A stretch of 64,000 nt of DNA, from positions 14,902 through 78,901 of the forward strand of contig JBHPMF010000004.1 in NCBI GenBank assembly GCA_042563375.1, in the 5' to 3' direction. The position numbers and the translations under genes were made by a program. A model generated the notes under the pieces. That model was given only the letters and a program-made list of their open reading frames with translations, searched no databases and had not been told where the DNA came from. How positions within the stretch are numbered: position 1 is the first letter of the stretch; each line of letters starts with the position of its first letter. This DNA comes from Elusimicrobiota bacterium. GTDB taxonomy: Bacteria > Elusimicrobiota > Elusimicrobia > JACQPE01. Of this stretch, positions 9,201 through 15,476 are shown piece after piece.

Positions 9201-9564
9201 GAAGCTCAAGGTCAGAATCCAGAAAAACTATGACTTGGCCCGTCGCACGCTTAAAACCCTCTTTGAGAGCATGTCCCTTGCCTCTGTTGCGCAATATGTC
9301 AACAGAAGTGACCATGCTGTATTCTTTTGAGATCCTTTCAAGCTCCTGCGAGGTATTATCGATCGAGCCGTCATTAACAACCACAAGCTCATAATCAGAT
9401 GCTAATTCTCCGGCGCACTTGAGTGTTTCCTGGATGTTCTTATAAATATGGCTCCCCTCATTATGCGCAGGCATGATAACAGAGAGCTTGCCAAGAAAAT
9501 CAGCTCGCTTCTTAAAATGTTTCTTGTTTGTTTTTTGAGACTTTGCGTTGATTACTGTATCCAT
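6253..9564 (-). CDS. tri-modular envelope protein: GT2 (Dpm1/GtrB-like), Wzx/MurJ-type polysaccharide flippase, and membrane-anchored synthase-like GT2
   Basis: 1103-aa uninterrupted ORF. The N-terminus has LSVIMPAHNEGSHIYKNIQETL...VVVNDGSIDNT...FLDSDLE. The middle has about 12 hydrophobic helices typical of oligosaccharide flippases. The C-terminus has VSVVIPVKRINAY...AFLDDDA...PGEDTKLC...QVSRYG (QxxRW-like) plus C-terminal TM helices. Confidence 0.75.
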   Translation of the reverse strand: MDTVINAKSQKTNKKHFKKRADFLGKLSVIMPAHNEGSHIYKNIQETLKCAGELASDYELVVVNDGSIDNTSQELERISKEYSMVTSVDILRNRGKGHALKEGFKRATGQVIVFLDSDLELHPAQLRVLFNVMRRENADVVIGSKFHPFSEIEYPLMRKIASRVYAFFLKVFFNLPLKDTQSGLKIYKRKVLNKVFPLILSKKWAFDVEMLANAHHWGFRISEAPVVLTFSRRKKWGRISSGDYFRTGIDTLAIFYRLYIVRYYDRLEGIYRKRGKFNGAHSSAGQQGIAETPHPTSPSRGEEKEREWLKEGKQGGGMSVLGKVFSKLDITDTLLRSSIIVFAFSMVGNIAAYFYQFTMSRNLSSSDYGALNSILSITMIAGSFTATIQTVVAKYSAEFKALKQMERFASFAKKSYIQAFFLAIAWSAVLLAAKPFVAKFLHVEQSFPFYVAIGIVAVSFLLPVSMGLLQGAHKFFFFGVLSGGGGLLRFLLGFGLVVLVGLGLNGAMFANLTALLGVLVVASWPWIRSSMDAKIYEKEKGFFSEALVYSLPILIGHVCFAFFIGLDMILVKHYFSSHLSGQYAAAAVLARSIIFVNGCIVAVLLPIASGVNASSGSAAGVLRKGLVLSGIISTIGAMAFAIAPRLFMRVLLGSGYPEGASILGLFSFAMLPYALLQIIMNFNYAVKRVSFVWTFLAGVILEAVLIILFHDTLASVLYIVGGVGAGILVINVLMLIKQRGIDKQWSIPEGSVCANYMPSVSVVIPVKRINAYIAESLSKFTGTDYKNYEIIILPDEISANDFTPEIRTAAHARVIATGAVDPATKRNMAFKHASAEILAFLDDDAYPKADWFDKAVRHFADPQVGAVCGPAVTPESNNIWQKASGAVFATVMGGGFCANRYRPGKSRLVDDFPSVNFFIRKDLFDSLGGFQTKYWPGEDTKLCLDIVRSGKKIIYDPEVFVWHHRRTLFKEHLSQVSRYGFCRGQFWKLYPQTSRRISYAAPSIFVMCLVFLTAASSMSALFQKIFLGVTLMYLAGLVFDMARAAIAEKSVYVGFLTAPGILSTHIIYGIHFLRGLIEPVKERYEHYESAHLNNDIDTGEVVG
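8655..8700. repeat. family A palindromic repeat, copy A1 (inside the GT2-flippase-GT2 ORF)
   Basis: TCTCCTCCCCCCTTGAGGGGGAGGTCGGGTGGGGGGTTTCCGCTAT. The palindromic core is CCTCCCCC-TTGA-GGGGGAGG. Confidence 0.9.
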
Positions 9565-9750
9565 AGTTTTAATAGCGATAAATCATATCAGGGACACACT
9601 ATCCCCTATACTATATAGGCGAGGAATAAAGCATGGCCTTACCAACGGCTTATATAAGAGGATTTTACCAAATATCAAGTATGTCCCCAATGGAAGCGCG
9701 GTATTATCTATTGCTTTATGCGTAAATTTCGGGTTAATACAACAAATGGC

Positions 9751-11325
9751 TTAAATATTAACGTTTTTAAGCTCTTTTGACCTGGTTTGGACAGTGACAT
9801 TTGAGAGCTTGTTTCCGATCATCATATGAGCTAATGCTTTCAGAGGATAAACGCATAATTTGAATATATACAAAAAATCTTCAAATGACCTGATCTTCTT
9901 CAAAAGATTGACATAAGTGCGCATGGAAAATACTTTATGCATAAGAAATTCCCTGTAGATCCCTGAAAGAATATCCTGCAGCTGCTCATTGGAAAAATTC
10001 AGGGTTTTAAATCCATTGCCATAGGTAATGCTGATCTTATACCATTCCTCTGAAAACGGATCTATATAGCGGTCCAAATCGATCAATCCCTGTTTCTTTA
10101 CTATCTCATACACTTGCGTGCCCGGCTGAGGAACCAAAAGGTAAAAGATCGCAAAATCCAGATTCGTCTTTTTCGCGAATTCTATTGTTTTTCTGAATTC
10201 TTGCATTGTCTCATGGGGAAACCCGATAATAAAACTGGCTGCGGTCCAGAATCCCAAACTATTGGCCTGGGCTATGATCTCGGTTGCCTTATCCAGATTT
10301 ATCCTTTTCATGATCTCTTGCTGTGATTGCGGATCCCCGGTTTCTATGCCAAAACATAAGCGATAAAACCCTGCTTGTTTCATTTTTGAAAGCACATCCC
10401 TGTCCAGCGTCTCGATCGCGATACCGGTCGGAGTGACTAATTTGACATTTGTGTTGCGCTTGATCAGCTCATCGCATAGCTCATACATCCTTGCCCTTGA
10501 CACAGAACTGTTATCGTCGACAAAGTGGATTTCTCTGTATCCATAGGTATTTTTCAGGAATTCTATCTCTTCGACCACATTTCTGGCGCTGCGCATGCGC
10601 CATCTCCTGCCCCACATGAGCTTAACAGAACAAAAATAACATTCCTTGGGACAGCCCCTGCTTGTTAAGACATAACCGATGGGTTTGCGCATTAAAAATC
10701 TGTTTTTCTTATGCTCTCTTTTGACCACTTCCATGTCTCTTTCCAAAAGGTTCCAAGCCGGAAACGGGATCTCATCAAGGTTCTGGATCAGCTCTCTTGG
10801 CTGCTCCTTTATCAGCTTGTTGTCGCGCCTGTACATGGTGCCTTTTACGCCTTCCATGCTCTTATTGTCCTTATAACGCTCCAAAACCTCGCAAACGGTC
10901 TTTTCTCCTTCTCCGACCACCAGAACGTCAATATTGTCATCTTTCATTGTTTGCTCGGAAAACGTGGAAGCATGCGCGCCGCCAAAAACAACGAAAATGT
11001 CTTTTTTGAATTCTTTCACGATTTTTGCGACATTATGGGCATCTTTAAAATAAGACGTGAACATACAGGATACACCGACCACATCTGGCGAAAACTCTTC
11101 AATATTCTTTTTGATTTCCCGGTCGGATATGCCGAATCTTTTGAATTCCGAACTGACAGGGAAATTATAACTAGAGGAAACCATGCAATCCAGGATCTTC
11201 ACCGTATGCCCGCACTTCTGCAATACAGATGCAATATAACCCAGTCCCAACAAGGCTGACTTTGACGGAGGGCTGACATCAAGTTTGTGCAGGGTTATCG
11301 GCGGATATATCAATAAAACTTTCAT
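9751..11325 (-). CDS. class B (B12-binding) radical SAM enzyme
   Basis: 524 aa. MKVLLIYPP...DVVGVSCMFTSY...VVFGGAHAS is the cobalamin-binding part. The cluster motif is canonical: TSRGCPKECYFCSV (CX3CX2C). Confidence 0.85.
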   Translation of the reverse strand: MKVLLIYPPITLHKLDVSPPSKSALLGLGYIASVLQKCGHTVKILDCMVSSSYNFPVSSEFKRFGISDREIKKNIEEFSPDVVGVSCMFTSYFKDAHNVAKIVKEFKKDIFVVFGGAHASTFSEQTMKDDNIDVLVVGEGEKTVCEVLERYKDNKSMEGVKGTMYRRDNKLIKEQPRELIQNLDEIPFPAWNLLERDMEVVKREHKKNRFLMRKPIGYVLTSRGCPKECYFCSVKLMWGRRWRMRSARNVVEEIEFLKNTYGYREIHFVDDNSSVSRARMYELCDELIKRNTNVKLVTPTGIAIETLDRDVLSKMKQAGFYRLCFGIETGDPQSQQEIMKRINLDKATEIIAQANSLGFWTAASFIIGFPHETMQEFRKTIEFAKKTNLDFAIFYLLVPQPGTQVYEIVKKQGLIDLDRYIDPFSEEWYKISITYGNGFKTLNFSNEQLQDILSGIYREFLMHKVFSMRTYVNLLKKIRSFEDFLYIFKLCVYPLKALAHMMIGNKLSNVTVQTRSKELKNVNI

Positions 11326-11429
11326 ATTTGCGATCTACTACATTATCTCATAATGATTGCCGCGCCAGGCGGACCACTTCCGTTAATTTGCCCAGACAAG
11401 CTCACAAGACTGACTGCATTGCAGGGTTT

Positions 11430-12692
11430 TTATCTGATAAGCCAGAGGCTCAGGAAAGGCAAATATGTGATCGCGGCCAAGGCAAGGATCCGCAGGATCA
11501 AAAACGGCAGGACTGACCTATAAAGCGTTGTCATGGGCTTTTCAAAGCGCATGCTGGATAGGAACAAATTGATGCCCACAGGCGGGGTTGAATAGCCCAT
11601 CTCAAGATTTACCAGGAATATGATGCCAAGATGAAGGGGATCCACTCCAAAACTCATGGCTATGGGCACAATAAGCGGCACAACAACAACGATCGCCGAG
11701 AATATGTCTATCAAACACCCCACGACCACAAGAAATACATTAAGAAGCATGAGAAAATAAAGCTTATGCGTTATAAACCCTCTCATCCAGTCAAGGATCT
11801 TCATTGGAACCTGCTGATCGATCAGATAATTCGTGAGGCCCAGGGCAGCTGAGAGAATGATCAAAATGCAGCCTGTTAACACTGCGCTTTCCTTCATTAT
11901 ATTGGGCAGATCTTTTTTCCAATGTATGTCTTTTTGGATCAATACCTCCACGATCAAGACATAAGCGGCTGTAACGCTTGCAGCTTCAGTAGCTGTAAAA
12001 ATACCCCCATAAATACCGCCAAGGATCATAAATGGGAGCGGAAGTTCCCACGCGGAATTTTTCATGGCCTTTTTTATCTTGGTAAAAGAAAGTTTGTTCT
12101 TGGCCTGAGGCAGGTCCATGCCGACTTTTCCGCTGTAAATCGCCATTGTTGTGACCAGGATAAGCCCCGGAATAAGCCCGGCTAAAAAGAGCTGGTCAAT
12201 ATTGACCTTAGCCACAACCGCGTATAGGATAACAGGCAGACTCGGAGGAAACAGGAGGCCGATACTGCCTGAAGTTGTAAGAAGCCCGAGACTGAAACGC
12301 TCCGGATAAGTTCTTTTAATGAGCGCTGGATAAAGTATCCCTCCAAGCGCCACGATCGTTATGCCTGAAGCTCCCGTGAAAGCCGTGAAAAACGCGCATA
12401 CTACGATGGAAACAAGAGCCAAGCCTCCCGGGATCCAGCCGAACAAAGCATCAGTGAAGCCAACCAGCCTTTGGGGAGCATTGCTTCTGGCAAGTACTGT
12501 GCCGGCGAATATAAAAAGCGGTATTGCAAGCAAAGCAGGAGCGCTTGTCATGCGGTACACTTCCACTATAAAAGCAGGCAAAGGGATCTGCGCTGCGTGA
12601 AATCCAAGGAACGCGAATCCTGATAAAGCGATAAACAATGGAACGCCGAAAAGCGCGAGGATGAGGATCAGGGGGATCAATATTAAGATCAA
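11430..12692 (-). CDS. dctM: TRAP transporter large permease
   Basis: 420 aa and polytopic. DctM-like strings (FTGASGITIVALGGILYP, GLLFPPSLPVILYA, EMGYSTPPVGINLF). 4-nt overlap with dctQ. Confidence 0.9.
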   Translation of the reverse strand: MILILIPLILILALFGVPLFIALSGFAFLGFHAAQIPLPAFIVEVYRMTSAPALLAIPLFIFAGTVLARSNAPQRLVGFTDALFGWIPGGLALVSIVVCAFFTAFTGASGITIVALGGILYPALIKRTYPERFSLGLLTTSGSIGLLFPPSLPVILYAVVAKVNIDQLFLAGLIPGLILVTTMAIYSGKVGMDLPQAKNKLSFTKIKKAMKNSAWELPLPFMILGGIYGGIFTATEAASVTAAYVLIVEVLIQKDIHWKKDLPNIMKESAVLTGCILIILSAALGLTNYLIDQQVPMKILDWMRGFITHKLYFLMLLNVFLVVVGCLIDIFSAIVVVVPLIVPIAMSFGVDPLHLGIIFLVNLEMGYSTPPVGINLFLSSMRFEKPMTTLYRSVLPFLILRILALAAITYLPFLSLWLIR

Positions 12693-13171
12693 GACCTTCG
12701 ATCCTTAAGAAAAGATATGCTTTCTATCAATCTAAACAGGAACTTAACAGCAATAAGCGCGAAACCCGCTGGCAGCACTATTTGGAAGATCCATGTTGGG
12801 ATATCAGCGTAAAGCGTTGCAGCGAAATCCTTTTCCGAGGCAACAAACTGCCATGAAGCCCATGCCAAGACCGAGCTCACAGCCGCGGCAAACACGTAAA
12901 CGAATAATTGCGCGATATTATTGATCTTGGCAGGCAGGATTCTTGGCAGGATATCGAGCTTTATGTGTTTACCCTGGCTGGCTGCCATTGAAGCTCCGAT
13001 TATCGCGAACCATAAAACAAGCTGCCTTAAGAATATGTCCGCCCAGGGAATACCGCTTTGAAAAAAGTTTCTAAGCATTACCTCCGTAAACGAGAGACAC
13101 ACCATGATAACTATAAGGGCACACGCCAAAAAACCCTCGATTTTCACTATTAAACTCTCGATTGTATTCAT
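12689..13171 (-). CDS. dctQ: TRAP transporter small permease
   Basis: 160 aa with 4 predicted TM helices. It sits directly upstream of, and overlaps, dctM. Confidence 0.8.
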   Translation of the reverse strand: MNTIESLIVKIEGFLACALIVIMVCLSFTEVMLRNFFQSGIPWADIFLRQLVLWFAIIGASMAASQGKHIKLDILPRILPAKINNIAQLFVYVFAAAVSSVLAWASWQFVASEKDFAATLYADIPTWIFQIVLPAGFALIAVKFLFRLIESISFLKDRRS

Positions 13172-13186
13172 TTATGTCTCTTTGTC

Positions 13187-13248
13187 ATCCCCGCGAAGGC
13201 CTGCTTCCAAATTATTGGAGACGCTGGTGCCCTCCAGGGTGCGGGGAT
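13187..13248. repeat. family D element (dctP-dctQ intergenic): 8-bp terminal inverted repeat around 46 nt
   Basis: ATCCCCGC (13187-13194) and GCGGGGAT (13241-13248), preceded by the TGTC string also seen in family E. Confidence 0.6.
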
Positions 13249-13322
13249 CCAGTACAATTTGATATAGAGATCTTCTGCTGTTACAAAGATAGGAACAAGT
13301 CTATTCAACATAGCGGTTCTGG

Positions 13323-13342
13323 ATTCCCGTCTCCACGGGAAT
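13323..13342. repeat. family D hairpin (dctP-dctQ intergenic)
   Basis: ATTCCCGT-ctcc-ACGGGAAT followed by GACAG. Confidence 0.75.
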
Positions 13343-13364
13343 GACAGACGATTTACATTTCAAG

Positions 13365-14465
13365 CTATTTCGCAACTTTTTTGGAAGGCTTTTTCTTTTT
13401 ACTCTCTTTAGCTTTCTCTTTCGCTGAAGCCAGGATCCCAAGCACCTTATCCAAAAGATCTTGCGGGTAAAGCTTTCCGACAAGACCCTGTCTTACGTTC
13501 ACGGAAATATCCTTGAATTTCTGAATATCCTTTTGAGCGAACGGCACGACTTTAAGCCCGCGCTTTTTCATGGCTTTAAGGGCAGTACTATTTTCCTTTG
13601 TTGTAAGGTCCCGCAAACGCGCCATGTATTTTTTATTAAGCCTCGAGAGTATCGCCTGATCCTGCTTACCTACCTTGTCATAAAACTTTTTTGAGATCAC
13701 AACAGCTCCGACTGAAAAACATATGGGTTTATCAGTCACATACTCCACCTTTGTGAACCATTGCAGGGCAATGGCAGCGAGATGGGAAGCATAAACCGTG
13801 TCAATAAGGCCTGTTTGAAGGGATGTCAGGACATCCGGAAGAGAAAGCGAGATCGGGGTTATGCCGAACCCTTTAAAAAACGCCTGCGGCATGGGATCCC
13901 CCTGCCAGGTCCAGACTTTAAGCTTTTTTAAATCATCAGCGCTTTTGATCGGAGATTTTGAATAAAGATGGATGAATCCCGCATCTGCCCAATCAGAAAG
14001 CACAAAACCTTTTTTCTCGAATTCCTTTTCAAAATACGGCGTAAGATGCTCTCTTAAAAGACTTAATTCAGAAACCTTGTCAAAAAGAAAAGGTATCTCG
14101 AACACCCTTACCTCAGAGAGGATCTCGCCTAATCCAAAGCCCGTGAAGCCTGAGGCGTGAAGCTGGCCGAACCTGATCTTCCTTAAAACATCTTTCTCGT
14201 CTCCGGACACGCCGCCCGGATAGATCTTGAGTTTTAATCTGCCTTCTGTCTCCTTTTGCAATTCCTTGTCGAATTCGCGCAACACATTCATCCATGTGGA
14301 TCCTTCAGGCGCTATTGTGGCGAATTTCATTTCAAGCGCAAGCAAACTTGAAGCTCCCAAAAATAGAAGTAGCGCGGCAGCTTGTATGCCGCTCTTAAGA
14401 AACGGGGTACAAGCCCCCGCGCTACGAAGAAATTTCGCAAAAATCAAACTTTTAGAATAATTCAT
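13365..14465 (-). CDS. dctP: TRAP transporter substrate-binding protein (TatT-associated type)
   Basis: 366 aa. Signal peptide, then MKFATIAPEGSTWMN...LKIYPGGVSGDEKDVLRKIRFGQL, as in DctP-family SBPs. Lys-rich C-terminal tail. A repeat overlaps the 5' end (see findings). Confidence 0.85.
   Translation of the reverse strand: MNYSKSLIFAKFLRSAGACTPFLKSGIQAAALLLFLGASSLLALEMKFATIAPEGSTWMNVLREFDKELQKETEGRLKLKIYPGGVSGDEKDVLRKIRFGQLHASGFTGFGLGEILSEVRVFEIPFLFDKVSELSLLREHLTPYFEKEFEKKGFVLSDWADAGFIHLYSKSPIKSADDLKKLKVWTWQGDPMPQAFFKGFGITPISLSLPDVLTSLQTGLIDTVYASHLAAIALQWFTKVEYVTDKPICFSVGAVVISKKFYDKVGKQDQAILSRLNKKYMARLRDLTTKENSTALKAMKKRGLKVVPFAQKDIQKFKDISVNVRQGLVGKLYPQDLLDKVLGILASAKEKAKESKKKKPSKKVAK
14369..14425. 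repeat. family C palindromic element C1 (inside the dctP 5' coding end)
   Basis: The arms GTAGCGCGGCAGCTTGTA (14369-14386) and TACAAGCCCCCGCGCTAC (14408-14425) are complementary at 16 of 18 positions. Confidence 0.8.
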
Positions 14466-15336
14466 TTATTTTCTCCAAAAGATTTCTGGCTTTTTGTTTT
14501 GCGACCCTGTTTGAGAGGTTCTGCTCGGGCAATATGTCGGTTGGAGCATCCATGACCTTGCCGAGCAGATTCTCAAAAAGTTCCTTATCCTGCATCTGAT
14601 AAGCGTACATCTGCGCGTATAAAACATAGGTCAGCAGGAACTTTCCGCCCCCTGTCTTTATCGCCTTGTCAAAATGCTCTTTGGCTTTTTCAGGGTCCCC
14701 GCCAAGCAGTCTTGAGCGGCTTGCGTAATAACTTCCAAGCAGAGCATCCGCCACTCCATGTTCATACGAAGGATCAAGCTCCGCCATTCTCTTGACCATT
14801 TTCACTACAAAAGGAGTGTCGATTATGGCCTCAGGTGAGTTTTTGTTCAGGTTTATCCAGCTTACCCAGGAATAGGATGTCCAGAAAAAAGCAGGCACAT
14901 CCTTGACAGTGGCTTTTTTCAGTATCTCGTCCACCTGTGCCTCCCTCTGCCATGTATCAGGGGCGAACCCTTTCTTGGTTAAAAGTTTTTTGCCGTAATT
15001 CTTTGCTCTCTCGTAGAACCTGCTCGCGCGCCTGGGCGCTTTATCCTCGATAAAGAGAAACGCATATCCTCCGAAACCCTGGCAAGTGAGCAGAAGAAGC
15101 TTCTCATTATCAGGATCGTTTTTAAGGAATGTCTCAAGGAGTTTTATGTTGGAACCCATTGCCTGTTCAGCGAGTTCTAAGTCTTCCTCTTCATAAAAAG
15201 CGGAGATCCCCCCATTCATCAGATCAACTGATGATTTAAGAGCTATTGTCTTAAGACTGCACCCTGAAAGCACAGCGCACAGCCCGATCACCAGTAATCC
15301 GGAAAATCTCATACATCTCATATTTGCTTTATCCAT
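14452..15336 (-). CDS. tatT: TRAP-transporter TatT component (TPR lipoprotein)
   Basis: 294 aa. Lipobox LSGC. FYEEEDLELAEQAMGSNIKLLETFLKNDPDNEKLLLL...FFWTSYSWVSWINL...LLGSYYASRSRLLGGDPEKAKEHFDKAI...LYAQMYAYQMQDKELFENLL matches my recollection of the TatT family. It lies directly upstream of dctPQM. Confidence 0.75.
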   Translation of the reverse strand: MDKANMRCMRFSGLLVIGLCAVLSGCSLKTIALKSSVDLMNGGISAFYEEEDLELAEQAMGSNIKLLETFLKNDPDNEKLLLLTCQGFGGYAFLFIEDKAPRRASRFYERAKNYGKKLLTKKGFAPDTWQREAQVDEILKKATVKDVPAFFWTSYSWVSWINLNKNSPEAIIDTPFVVKMVKRMAELDPSYEHGVADALLGSYYASRSRLLGGDPEKAKEHFDKAIKTGGGKFLLTYVLYAQMYAYQMQDKELFENLLGKVMDAPTDILPEQNLSNRVAKQKARNLLEKINELF

Positions 15337-15448
15337 AATTACCCTATTTTATAACAACTCTTCTTTCTTTTCTGGCAACCTCAAACTTTCGCAGTGGTGA
15401 GCAAGCGCAGCAAGTCGAATCCAAGCCTGCGCCTACCCTGCACCTTCT

Positions 15449-15476
15449 CGGTAGTCTCAGGCTTTAGCCTGTGTCT
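15449..15476. repeat. family B repeat, half-copy B1 (inside the carB 3' end)
   Basis: CGGTAGTCTCAGGCTTTAGCCTGTGTCT, to be compared with B2 and B3. Confidence 0.8.
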
